Positions 19,748 through 28,659 of a stretch of DNA of 64,000 bases are shown here, in pieces; position 1 is the stretch's first letter, and each line of letters opens with the position of its first letter. Source of the DNA: Candidatus Binatia bacterium (GTDB lineage Bacteria > Desulfobacterota > Binatia > UBA9968 > JAJDTQ01); the NCBI GenBank assembly GCA_951813575.1, contig OX638375.1:3882752-3946751 (forward strand). Reading direction: 5' to 3'. Made by a program: the position numbers and the translations under genes. The notes under the pieces were generated by a model, which did not search any database, was not told the DNA's origin, and was given only the letters and a program-made list of their open reading frames with translations.

Positions 19748-21391
19748 TTGCCGACCGCGGGATTCGTCATGCTTGAAGACGCGCTGCTTTCCACCGGGTT
19801 GCTCATCGTCGTCGCCAAGCTGGCCGAGGGCGTTCTCCAGCGCTTCCGGCTGAACTCCATCATCGCCTACACCGCCACCGGCATCATCCTCGGCCCGGTC
19901 ACTGGTATCGTCGAGCTCAACAGTTACCTCCAGATCCTTCTGAGCATCGGCATCTTCCTCTACTTCTTCCTCATCGGCCTGGACGAGCTGGACGTATCGG
20001 CGTTCATGTCCGCGATCCATCGCCGTTTCTTCATCGCCGCGGTCATATCGGTGGTGGTCCCGATCATGGCTTCGCTGGTGGTCACCTTCGACCTGATCTT
20101 CGACTTCGGTCTGGGCCTCGACTTCAGCGGTTCGCTGGCCCTGGCCGGGGTGCTGTCGCTTACCAGCCTGGGCGTGGTCGCCAAGGCTTTGATCGATGCG
20201 GACCGGCTGCGGCAGCCCATCGGTCTCGAAATGTTCACCGTCGCGCTCATCGCCGAGTTGCTCGTGCTCCTGATCATCGGGTTCACCATCGGCGAGCACG
20301 CCGAGCACGTGAGCCTGGACGGCGTGCTGATCCTGCTGGTGCAGATCGTCGTCTTCATCGCGGGGACCTGGGTGTTGGCCGGACGGGTCATCCCGCCTCT
20401 GATCGAGCTGCTGGAACGGTTGCTGCGGGTCCCGCAACTGTCGTTCGGGCTGATTCTGGGCGTCCTGTTCATCGCCGTGGTGGGCGCGGAAAGGATCGGT
20501 CTGCACGGCTCCCTCGGGGCATTGCTCCTGGGCGTCGCGCTGTCGCGGCTCCCTCACCAGGTCCACCGGGACATCATCCCCGGAATGAAGAGTGTAGCCG
20601 ACGGCTTCTTCGTACCGCTCTTCTTCAGCTCGGCGGGGCTGCATCTCAGTCTGTCGTTCACCGAGATGCAGGTCTGGACCATCGTGGCCTTGATCGTGGT
20701 GCCGCTGATCGGGAACTTCGCCGGCGCCTGGCTGGGCGCTTCGGCGGCCCGTTTCGAAATGCCCTTTACCATCGCCACCGGACTGATGGCCAAGGGCGTC
20801 GCCGAGATCGCCATACTGTTGGTGCTGCTCGAGAACGGTATCATCGGGCCCGACGTCTTCTCGTTGTTCGTGCTCATCATGCTCGCCTACATTCTCCTGA
20901 CGCCGCCGGCCATCAGCCTCGCGGTGAGCCGTGCCAAGCCCACGGAACCGGTATCATTGCCCCAGCCGGTGCCCCCGTCGATGCTTCGTTTCGCTCTGGA
21001 AGATATCACCGTCGGCGACATCATCGACCGCAACCATCCTCACCCGGGAACGAACCTGACGGTTCGTGAGTTCGCGGACCAGTGGATAAACGCCGGGCAA
21101 CAGGACTACGTGATCACGGACCGTGACGGTGTTGTGGGACTCGTGTCGCTCGCCATGCTCAGGTATCTGCCCAAGCACGCGTGGTCGGACACCCCTTTGA
21201 GCAAGATCGCCCGGGTCGCCACGCCGAATACCTGGTTGGACGAGCCGGCGGAAGACGCCCTGCAGCGGATGACGGAGAATTCGCTCACGGCGATGCCGGT
21301 CCTGGACCGGGAGTCCAAGGCATTCGTCGGCTCGATCACCAGCCAGGACGTCCTGGACCTCATCACCACGGAAGTCCGCGGGTCGCGGTAG
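19748..21391 (+). CDS. Cation:proton antiporter (CPA family) with C-terminal CBS-pair domain
   Basis: ~11 TM Na+/H+-exchanger-like N-terminal region. C-terminal ~120 aa has CBS-pair character (…DYVITDRDGVVGLVS…MPVLDRESKAFVGSITSQDVL). Confidence 0.75.
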   Translation: MPTAGFVMLEDALLSTGLLIVVAKLAEGVLQRFRLNSIIAYTATGIILGPVTGIVELNSYLQILLSIGIFLYFFLIGLDELDVSAFMSAIHRRFFIAAVISVVVPIMASLVVTFDLIFDFGLGLDFSGSLALAGVLSLTSLGVVAKALIDADRLRQPIGLEMFTVALIAELLVLLIIGFTIGEHAEHVSLDGVLILLVQIVVFIAGTWVLAGRVIPPLIELLERLLRVPQLSFGLILGVLFIAVVGAERIGLHGSLGALLLGVALSRLPHQVHRDIIPGMKSVADGFFVPLFFSSAGLHLSLSFTEMQVWTIVALIVVPLIGNFAGAWLGASAARFEMPFTIATGLMAKGVAEIAILLVLLENGIIGPDVFSLFVLIMLAYILLTPPAISLAVSRAKPTEPVSLPQPVPPSMLRFALEDITVGDIIDRNHPHPGTNLTVREFADQWINAGQQDYVITDRDGVVGLVSLAMLRYLPKHAWSDTPLSKIARVATPNTWLDEPAEDALQRMTENSLTAMPVLDRESKAFVGSITSQDVLDLITTEVRGSR

Positions 21392-21485
21392 GGGTCAAGC
21401 CCCGCCGTGCCTTCGTCTCTCCCTTTGGTACGGGTCGCTTCGATTCACTACGAAGGAACAACCGGGTTACTATGATTAGAGCCAT

Positions 21486-21503
21486 TCCAGCTATAATAGC
21501 CAC
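21486..21503 (+). promoter_or_regulatory. Putative -10 box (TATAAT at 21492-21497) immediately upstream of the antitoxin ATG; possible leaderless transcript
   Basis: TATAAT ends 6 nt before the ATG at 21504. No room for an RBS. Local AT-rich DNA. Confidence 0.3.
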
Positions 21504-21755
21504 ATGAAAGAAATGGCTGCGAGAGACGCCAAGAACCGTTTCGGTCGTCTGATCGATGCTGTGCAGAGTGGCCCCGTACGCGTAACCAAGAACGGCAGGG
21601 CGGTGGGGGTCATGATGTCGGTGCAGCAATACGAGCGTTTGCGTGGCGCCGCGTGGGAGCGTCTGACGGCGACCATGGACGGCTTGGGCGAGGAAGCGTT
21701 GTCCAGGGGATTAACCGAAGCAAGGCTGGAAGAGCTCCTGGCGGATGAAAGCTGA
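21504..21755 (+). CDS. Type II antitoxin, Phd/YefM (prevent-host-death) family
   Basis: 83 aa. MKEMAARDAKNRFGRLIDAVQSGPVRVTKNGRAVGVMMSVQQYERL is typical of Phd/YefM. Overlaps the downstream toxin gene (ATGA). Confidence 0.75.
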   Translation: MKEMAARDAKNRFGRLIDAVQSGPVRVTKNGRAVGVMMSVQQYERLRGAAWERLTATMDGLGEEALSRGLTEARLEELLADES

Positions 21756-22176
21756 CCGCGTCGTCATCGACACCAATGTGCTGATCAGCGCGGCCCTTCT
21801 GCCACACGGGTCTCCGCGTATGGTGGTGGACGCGGTCCGGTCCGAGAACGGCGTGTTGCCGTTCTCGGACGAGACGTTCAACGAGCTTCGAAACAGGCTC
21901 GGCCTTCCGAAATTCGACGCCTACGTCAGCCCGCAAGGCCGTGCGGTCTACATTGCGCAGCTTCAGGCGGTGTCGGAATGGGTTTCGATAGCGCGTGCCA
22001 AGCTGGGCTGCCGCTACCCGGATGGTGACAAGTTCCTGGAGACCGCGATGATGGGTGGGTCGGACTGCCTGATCACCGGGGACCGGGATCTGCTGGAGTT
22101 GTCCCCGTTCCAGGAGATCCCGATCTTGACCCCCGCAAGCTTCCTCGACTTGAGAAAACGTGGCACAAAGACATAG
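21745..22176 (+). CDS. PIN-domain toxin (VapC-like; putative toxin-antitoxin system toxin component, PIN family)
   Basis: 143 aa. VVIDTNVLISA N-terminal acidic residue. Conserved D residues (GDRDLL) of the PIN fold. Confidence 0.75.
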   Translation: MKADRVVIDTNVLISAALLPHGSPRMVVDAVRSENGVLPFSDETFNELRNRLGLPKFDAYVSPQGRAVYIAQLQAVSEWVSIARAKLGCRYPDGDKFLETAMMGGSDCLITGDRDLLELSPFQEIPILTPASFLDLRKRGTKT

Positions 22177-22222
22177 TGAAGAGGCACTTGCACGAATACT
22201 CTTCGGACAAAGGGGTGACAAG

Positions 22223-22765
22223 ATGAAACAACCCTTCAAGACGGACCTCGAGGCGATCCAGAAAAGGGCCCGGGAAAAGATGGAGCAGGGCGCCATCACC
22301 GGCGCGTACCTGGCCGACCGGGAGCAGGTGCTGTCGGTGCTGAACGAGGTGCTGGCCACCGAGATCGTCTGCATCCTGCGCTACAAGAACCACTACTTCA
22401 TGGCCAGCGGCATCAACGCCGGGCCGGTGGCGGCGGAGTTCCTGCAGCACGCCAACGAGGAGCAGATGCACGCGGACTGGGTGGCTCAGCGCATCACCCA
22501 GCTCGGCGGCTCGCCCAACTTCAGCCCGGAAGGGCTCGCCAGCCGCTCCCACGCCGCGTACGAGGAAGGTGAGACTCTGGAGGCGATGATCAAGGAAGAC
22601 CTGGTGGCCGAACGGGTGGCCATCGAGACCTACTCCGAGATCATCCGCTGGCTGGCCAACGACGACCCCACCACCCGCCGGATCATCGAGGACATCCTCA
22701 AGATGGAGGAGGAGCACGCCGACGACCTGGCCAGCCTGCTGGTGACGTTGGGGAAGAGTGCGTGA
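22223..22765 (+). CDS. Bacterioferritin-like / ferritin-like diiron protein
   Basis: ~180 aa. E...E..H pairs in a four-helix pattern (NEVLATEI...EEQMHADW...EDLVAERVAIETY...MEEEHADDL). Confidence 0.65.
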   Translation: MKQPFKTDLEAIQKRAREKMEQGAITGAYLADREQVLSVLNEVLATEIVCILRYKNHYFMASGINAGPVAAEFLQHANEEQMHADWVAQRITQLGGSPNFSPEGLASRSHAAYEEGETLEAMIKEDLVAERVAIETYSEIIRWLANDDPTTRRIIEDILKMEEEHADDLASLLVTLGKSA

Positions 22766-23169
22766 AGCTCGTCATCGGCGCCGCCGGCGCGGCGGTAGCC
22801 GTCGCGGTGGCGGCATGGGTGCTGTGGCCGGATGGTCACGGCGGGCACCCGCCGGCCGGTCGCCCGCAGTCGGAAATATCGGTGTCGTCGACGGCGGGAA
22901 TGCCGGGCAAGGCGATGTACAATCAGAAGTGCGCGGTGTGCCACGGGCTCCAGGCCGTCGGCTCGCCCCAGGGACCGCCGCTGGTCCACCGGTACTACGA
23001 GCCGGGTCATCACTCGGATATGGCATTCGTGCTGGCGGTGAAAAGGGGGGTCCGGGCGCATCATTGGCGTTTCGGCAACATGGCGCCTGTTCCCGGCCTC
23101 TCCGACACCGATATCAAGGAAATCATTCGTTACGTGCGTGCCCTGCAGCGGGCCAACGGGATCTTCTGA
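22762..23169 (+). CDS. Class I c-type cytochrome
   Basis: 135 aa. N-terminal hydrophobic anchor/signal. Single CAVCH heme-binding motif. GTG start overlaps the upstream stop. Confidence 0.7.
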   Translation: MKLVIGAAGAAVAVAVAAWVLWPDGHGGHPPAGRPQSEISVSSTAGMPGKAMYNQKCAVCHGLQAVGSPQGPPLVHRYYEPGHHSDMAFVLAVKRGVRAHHWRFGNMAPVPGLSDTDIKEIIRYVRALQRANGIF

Positions 23170-23180
23170 GGACTTGAGAA

Positions 23181-23774
23181 ATGACCATAGCATTGCGTCC
23201 GCGGCTCACGGTGGCCGTCCTGGTGATTGTCCTGGCTTCCGGCGCCGTGTATGCGCATCGCGGCGCCACCGGCATCGTCAAGAAGCGCATGGATGCCATG
23301 ATGTCTCTGGGCGATTCCATGAAGGCGCTGACCGCGATGATGCGCGGGAAGCAACCCTACGATGTCGAGCGGGTCAGGACTCACGCGATGGCCGTCGCCC
23401 GGCACGGAGGTAGAGATCTGACCCGGCTGTTCCCGGAGGGGAGCCTGCAACATCCCACGAGGGCGAAACCGGCCATCTGGGCCGATTGGGAACGCTTCTC
23501 GACTCTGGCGAAGGAAATGGCCGTGTACGCCGGCGCGCTGGCATCGACGACGGCCAACCAGCGGCGGTCCGGGCGGGGCGGCAGCATGCCCGTGGACCCC
23601 ACGCCGGAAGAACTCGCGGCCATGGCGCCGGACGTGGTCTTCGAGCGCTTGAGGCGGACCTGCTCGGACTGCCATCGGACTTTTCGCGAGAAAAGCGAGT
23701 TGCCGTCGCGGCCTGCCGAGTGGTTCGGCCGCCTTGCCCGGGTCAATCCAGCTTCGACCGCAGCAAGTCGTTGA
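23181..23774 (+). CDS. Class II cytochrome c (cytochrome c'/c556-like)
   Basis: 197 aa. Signal peptide. Heme-binding CSDCH motif near the C-terminus, as in four-helix-bundle class II cytochromes. Confidence 0.6.
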   Translation: MTIALRPRLTVAVLVIVLASGAVYAHRGATGIVKKRMDAMMSLGDSMKALTAMMRGKQPYDVERVRTHAMAVARHGGRDLTRLFPEGSLQHPTRAKPAIWADWERFSTLAKEMAVYAGALASTTANQRRSGRGGSMPVDPTPEELAAMAPDVVFERLRRTCSDCHRTFREKSELPSRPAEWFGRLARVNPASTAASR

Positions 23775-26091
23775 CCAGGCGGGGGTCGGCCTTGCCGTTG
23801 GTGGACTTCATCACCTGCCCCACGAAGAACCCCAGGAGATTGGTCTTGCCCTCGCGATAGAGGGTGACGTTCTCGGGATTGGCGGCGAGGACGGCGTCGA
23901 CGACGGGTTCGAGCTGGTGTGCGTCGGTTACCTGCCGGAGTCCGAGTCTTTCAACGATGCCGGCGGCATCCTCGCCGCTTTCCAGCATGACGGCGAAGAC
24001 CTGCTTGCCGGCGTTGCCGGAGATGGTCTGGCTGTCGATGAGCGCCACCAATTCCGCCAGCGCTGCCGGAGTCAACGGCAGTGAGTCCAGCGGTATGTCC
24101 CTCAGTGCCGGGCGCAGCTCGTTGACGATCCAGTTGGCCATCGTCCGGGGGTTGTCGTGGTTGCGGACGGCCTCCTCGAAGAACCCGGCGAGGCCGTCGT
24201 CCGCGGCCAGCAACAACGCGTCGCCGGCCGCGAGCCCGAGCCGTTCGCGGTAGTTCTCCATCCTGGAGCGTTGGGCCACGGTCAATTCAGCGTCCGCGGG
24301 GACCTGTCGCTCGGCTCGAGCCTTGGCCGTCTTCCCGGGAGCGGCCTGTGTCCCGCGTGGCCGCCTGGGCTCCCCGTCGCCTTCGCCTCGCCGCACGATC
24401 TTGAGCCACGAGTCCCGGAGCGTCACGATGCGGTTGAATACGAGAGCGGCCCCGGTCGAGTCCGGGTCGACGCAGAAGTACCCCAGCCGCTCGAACTGGA
24501 ACCGGTCGCCCGCGCCGGCGGCGGCGAGGCTCGGTTCCACGCGGCTCTTCACGGTTTCCAGGGATTTGCTGTTCAGCAGCTCGCGGTAGTCGCGGCTGGA
24601 GTCGCCCTGGGGGTCGGGCACCGAGAACAGCCGGTCGTAGAGCCGGAGCTCGGCTTCGAGCGCGTGGGCGGCGGATACCCAGTGAATGGTCCCCTGAACC
24701 TTCTTGCCGCTCTTGCCGGAGCCGCTCCGGGTCGTCGGGTCGTAGGAGCACCGCAACTCCGTCACCTCGCCCGTGCGTGGGTCCTTGACCATCTCGTCGC
24801 AGCGGATGATGTAAGCGTAGCGCAGCCGCACCTCCCGGCCCGGCGCCAGCCGGTGGTATCCCTTGGGCGGCTCCTCGAGAAAGTCGTCCCGCTCGATATA
24901 GAGCTCGCGGGAGAAGGGGACGGTTCGCGACCCTTCCTTGGGCACGTCGTGGGGATAGTAGGGCGCCTCCAGCTCCTCCACGCGGCCCTCCGGATAGTTG
25001 GTGAGGACCACCTTGAGGGGACGCTCCACCGCCAGCACCCGCGGCGCCTTCTGGTTGAGGTCGTCGCGGATGAAGTACTCGAGCTGGCCCATCTCCACGG
25101 TGTTGTCGCTCTTGGCGATGCCTACGCTGTGGCAGAAGTTGCGGATCGCCTCGGGCGTGTAGCCGCGCCGCCTCAGCCCCGCCAGGGTGGGCATGCGCGG
25201 GTCGTCCCATCCGGCCACGTGCTTCTCTTCCACCAGCTCCAGCAGCCGGCGCTTGCTCATCACGGTGTAGTCGAGGTTCAGCCGGGCGAACTCGATCTGC
25301 CGGGGCTCGGACGGGACGTCCAACTGCGCCAGGATCCAGTCGTAGAGCTCGCGGTTGTTCTCGAATTCCAGGGTGCAGAGGGAGTGGGTGACCCCTTCCA
25401 GCGCGTCCGACAGCGGGTGGGCGAAGTCGTACATGGGATAGATGGGCCAGGCGTCGCCGGTGTGGTGGTGGGTGACGTGACGGATGCGGTAGATTACCGG
25501 GTCGCGCATCTTCATGTTCGGCGACGCCATGTCGATCCTTGCACGCAGCACGTGGGCGCCGTCAGGGAACTCGCCGTTCCGCATGCGGGCGAAGAGGTCC
25601 AGGTTCTCGGCTACACCGCGGGCCCGGTAGGGGCTCTCCCGCCCCGGCTCCGTGACCGTGCCGCGGGTCTCGCGGATCTCCGCCTCGCTCAGGCTGCAGA
25701 CGTAGGCGCCGCCGCGCTCGATGAGCTGGACGGCGAAGCGGTACAGCTCTTCGAAGTAGTCCGAGGCGTTGTACAGGCCATCGCCCCAGTCGAAGCCCAG
25801 CCAACGGATGTTGTCCTTGATGGCCTCGACGTAAAGGGTATCCTCCTTGGCCGGGTCGGTGTCGTCGAAGCGCAGGTTGCACTGCCCGCCGAACTCCCGG
25901 GCGACGCCGAAGTTCAGGCAGATGGACTTGGCGTGGCCGATGTGGAGAAAGCCGTTGGGCTCGGGCGGGAAGCGCGTCACCACCCCGCCGGGATGTTTGC
26001 CATTGGCCAGGTCGTCCCGCACGATGGTGCGGATGAAGTCCAGGGGAGGCTCGCGCCTGGCGGTGCTGTCGGTCTCTTCCGTCTTGCTCAT
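23743..26091 (-). CDS. glnS: Glutamine--tRNA ligase with C-terminal YqeY/GatB-like appended domain
   Basis: 782 aa. Class I HIGH (FLHIGHAKS) and VMSKR (KMSK-type) motifs and GlnRS-like body. An extra ~230 C-terminal residues (…NWIVNELR…[20 protein letters not shown]…[10 protein letters not shown]) resemble the YqeY/GatB tail. Confidence 0.8.
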   Translation of the reverse strand: MSKTEETDSTARREPPLDFIRTIVRDDLANGKHPGGVVTRFPPEPNGFLHIGHAKSICLNFGVAREFGGQCNLRFDDTDPAKEDTLYVEAIKDNIRWLGFDWGDGLYNASDYFEELYRFAVQLIERGGAYVCSLSEAEIRETRGTVTEPGRESPYRARGVAENLDLFARMRNGEFPDGAHVLRARIDMASPNMKMRDPVIYRIRHVTHHHTGDAWPIYPMYDFAHPLSDALEGVTHSLCTLEFENNRELYDWILAQLDVPSEPRQIEFARLNLDYTVMSKRRLLELVEEKHVAGWDDPRMPTLAGLRRRGYTPEAIRNFCHSVGIAKSDNTVEMGQLEYFIRDDLNQKAPRVLAVERPLKVVLTNYPEGRVEELEAPYYPHDVPKEGSRTVPFSRELYIERDDFLEEPPKGYHRLAPGREVRLRYAYIIRCDEMVKDPRTGEVTELRCSYDPTTRSGSGKSGKKVQGTIHWVSAAHALEAELRLYDRLFSVPDPQGDSSRDYRELLNSKSLETVKSRVEPSLAAAGAGDRFQFERLGYFCVDPDSTGAALVFNRIVTLRDSWLKIVRRGEGDGEPRRPRGTQAAPGKTAKARAERQVPADAELTVAQRSRMENYRERLGLAAGDALLLAADDGLAGFFEEAVRNHDNPRTMANWIVNELRPALRDIPLDSLPLTPAALAELVALIDSQTISGNAGKQVFAVMLESGEDAAGIVERLGLRQVTDAHQLEPVVDAVLAANPENVTLYREGKTNLLGFFVGQVMKSTNGKADPRLVNDLLRSKLD

Positions 26092-26235
26092 GGGCGTAAC
26101 CGGGGATCTTCGAGGCAGGTTCCCAGTCTACCTGATCCCGCGCCGGTCATGAAGCCGCGGAGATACACGGGGACGGTCCATACCCTTCGCACCACGTTCG
26201 GGGTATAGAGGATCCATCCGGAAAGGAGGTGCGCG

Positions 26236-26628
26236 ATGCCGCTACTCGACCACGTAGGGGTCAAGGTCACCGACCTCGACCGCTCCATCAGGTTCTACAA
26301 CGATCTCTTCGGCTTCGAGATGGTGGACCGCCGCATGCTCGGCAGCAGCAACGTCGAGGCGGCCGCCCTGCAGGTGGGCGGGAGCATTATCTTCCTGTTG
26401 AACGAGGCTTCGTTCCGGTCCCGGAGTCCGGAGGAGTACGGCGGCGTGGACCATTTCTGCCTGACCTTCACCGACCCGGAGTTTCGGGAGATCCTGGACC
26501 GCATCAAGGCCATGGGGGTGAAGCTCGAAGGCGGGGTGGTGCCCCGGACCGGCGCCACCGGACGCAGCGACTCGCAGTACATCCTCGACCCGGACGGCAA
26601 CCAGATCGAGGTCAAGACGGGACTTTAG
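26236..26628 (+). CDS. VOC/glyoxalase-family protein
   Basis: 130 aa. AGGAGG RBS. LDHVGVKVTDLDRSIRFY...HFCL motifs. Confidence 0.7.
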   Translation: MPLLDHVGVKVTDLDRSIRFYNDLFGFEMVDRRMLGSSNVEAAALQVGGSIIFLLNEASFRSRSPEEYGGVDHFCLTFTDPEFREILDRIKAMGVKLEGGVVPRTGATGRSDSQYILDPDGNQIEVKTGL

Positions 26629-26664
26629 GCCCCCTCCCGTCACCGGCCTCCGGGTGCCCTCCAT

Positions 26665-26693
26665 GTCACCCCGGGCTTGACCCGGGGTCCAGG
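26665..26693. repeat. Solo copy of palindromic repeat arm GTCACCCCGGGCTTGACCCGGGGTCCAGG (family 1)
   Basis: Identical to the left arms at 50326-50354 and near-identical to 30992-31016. Lies between convergent genes. Confidence 0.6.
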
Positions 26694-26713
26694 CGGCGGG
26701 GCGGGGGGTGGAC

Positions 26714-27571
26714 TCACGCCTGCAGCCGGTCCTTGCCGGCCACGGTGGTGCGGCGCAGGAGCCGGCGCTCGCTGTCCGGGTAGAACGTGCGGGCGTGGAT
26801 GGAGCAGAAGTTGTCCCACATCAGCAGGTCCCCCACCTCCCAGGTGTGCTCGTACCGGAAGCTCGGGTCCTCGGTGATGTCGAACAGGTCGCTCAGAATG
26901 GCGTCGCTCTCCGCCCGGTCCATGCCCTCGATGCGCACCGACATCATGCGGTTCACGTAGAGCGCCCTGCGGCCCGTCACCGGGTGGGTGATGAAGATGG
27001 GCTGCACGTAGTAACGGGCGCCGCTCAAGTCGATGTCGGCGTCCACCGTGTGCCGCTGGTAGTCGTAGACCTGCAGCACCTTGCATCCCTCCAGTTTCGC
27101 CTTGAGGTCCGCCGGGACATTGTCGTAGGCGGCACACTGGTTCGTGACCATGGTATGGCCGCCCTGGGTCGACACCTCGATACCGTAGAGGATGGTGACG
27201 TGGTCGGGTATCTCGTGGAACGCGGTGTCCTGGTGGAAGCCCATTTCTCTGTCGCCGTTGGCCGAGGCCCCTTCCAGCGGCTTGCCGTTCTCCTTGATGT
27301 TGCTCACCACCATCACCGGCGTCGTGTAGATGTCGTCGTCGGACTTCCGGAGGCGCGGCCCCACGGTGCGCTTGCCGATGTCGCCGAAGGTGGTGGTGAA
27401 GCGGTTTTGCTGCTCCACCGTCATGTTCTGGCCGCGAAAGAGCAGCGCGACGTGCTCGTAGAACTCCGCCAGGATCTCGTCCCGTACCTTCGCGTCCAGC
27501 GGTTCGCTCACGTCCAGTCCGAGAATCTCCACGCCCAGGGCCGGTGAAAGCGGTCTTGTGGTCAGGCTCAT
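26714..27571 (-). CDS. TauD/TfdA-family Fe(II)/2-oxoglutarate-dependent dioxygenase
   Basis: 286 aa. HQDTAFH (HxD) and HARTFYP motifs. AGGAGA RBS. Confidence 0.75.
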   Translation of the reverse strand: MSLTTRPLSPALGVEILGLDVSEPLDAKVRDEILAEFYEHVALLFRGQNMTVEQQNRFTTTFGDIGKRTVGPRLRKSDDDIYTTPVMVVSNIKENGKPLEGASANGDREMGFHQDTAFHEIPDHVTILYGIEVSTQGGHTMVTNQCAAYDNVPADLKAKLEGCKVLQVYDYQRHTVDADIDLSGARYYVQPIFITHPVTGRRALYVNRMMSVRIEGMDRAESDAILSDLFDITEDPSFRYEHTWEVGDLLMWDNFCSIHARTFYPDSERRLLRRTTVAGKDRLQA

Positions 27572-27600
27572 GGTCGTCTCCTGTTTCGTCGGGTCATGCC

Positions 27601-28455
27601 TCACGCGTGGACGGGCTCTTTCCCGGCCACCGTGCACCGCCGCAGGATTCGCGCCTCCTCGGCGGGAAAGTCGGTGCGAGCGTGGGTGGAGCAGCGGTTG
27701 TCCCACATGAGGAGGTCGCCCACCCGCCACTCGTGGTCATAGACGATGCGGTCGTCCTCGGCGATGTCGAACAGCTCGTCGAGGATGGCCTCGCTCTCGG
27801 CCGGGTCCATCCCTTCGATGTGCGCGGTCATGGTGCGGTTCACGTAGAGCGCCTTCCTGCCCGTCACCGGGTGGGTGATGAAGATGGGCTGCGCATGGCT
27901 GCGGGCGCCGGTCATGTCCACGTTGGGGTCGATGCGGTAGCGGTTGTAGTCGTACACCTGCAGGACGGTGCGCCCCTCCAGCCGGTCGCGCAGGGCACGC
28001 GGGATGTTGTCGTAGGCCCGGTACATGTTCGAAACCCGGGTCAGGCCCCCCTGGCTGGTGACCTCCATGCCGTAGAGCATGGTGACGATGTTGGGGACCG
28101 GGTAGAAGCAGGTGTCGTGGTGGAACCACATCTCGCCGTCGCCGAAGGAGGCCGTGTTGCCCGTGGGCCCGTCGTCGCTGCGGTTGGTGACCATCATCAC
28201 CGGGTTGGCGTAGGTGTCCTTCGGCGACTTGACGAAACGGGCGCCCACGGTGCGCTTGCCCAGCTCGCCGAAGGTCAAGGCGAAACCCGTCTGCTGCAGC
28301 TCCGTCAGGTCCTGGCCCCGAAAGAGCAGGAGCACGTGCTCGTGGAACGCGTCCAGGATCGCCTCGCGGGTCTCTCCGTCCAGCGGCTCCCGCAGGTCCA
28401 GGCCCTCGATCTCCGCGCCGATGGCGGGGGAAACGGGTTTGATGGTCAGGCTCAT
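27601..28455 (-). CDS. TauD/TfdA-family Fe(II)/2-oxoglutarate-dependent dioxygenase (tandem paralog)
   Basis: 285 aa. HHDTCFY and HARTDFP motifs. AGGAGG RBS 9 nt upstream of the ATG at 28455. Confidence 0.75.
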   Translation of the reverse strand: MSLTIKPVSPAIGAEIEGLDLREPLDGETREAILDAFHEHVLLLFRGQDLTELQQTGFALTFGELGKRTVGARFVKSPKDTYANPVMMVTNRSDDGPTGNTASFGDGEMWFHHDTCFYPVPNIVTMLYGMEVTSQGGLTRVSNMYRAYDNIPRALRDRLEGRTVLQVYDYNRYRIDPNVDMTGARSHAQPIFITHPVTGRKALYVNRTMTAHIEGMDPAESEAILDELFDIAEDDRIVYDHEWRVGDLLMWDNRCSTHARTDFPAEEARILRRCTVAGKEPVHA

Positions 28456-28486
28456 GGCTATCACCTCCTGGTTTCGACGGCGTCTC

Positions 28487-28648
28487 TAGTGTTGTGTCTC
28501 ACAAACAGGTTTGCAAAGATGCGCCGGATTTTTTGTTGTCGGCAAGGCGCGATGACGAGCAGTGGCGGTTACCACGCGAGGAAGAGCAACGCAGCCGACG
28601 ACAAAAAAGACCAGCAGATTTGTAAACCTGTTTGTGAGACACAATACT
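28487..28648. repeat. ~160-bp imperfect palindrome with 31-bp near-perfect terminal arms (possible MITE, regulatory hairpin or structured RNA)
   Basis: Left arm TAGTGTTGTGTCTCACAAACAGGTTTGCAAA. Right arm TTTGTAAACCTGTTTGTGAGACACAATACTA is its reverse complement with 2 mismatches. A second inner inverted pair is CCGGATTTTTTGTTGTCGGC / GCCGACGACAAAAAAGACC. Confidence 0.6.
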
Positions 28649-28659
28649 ACGTCCGCCCG

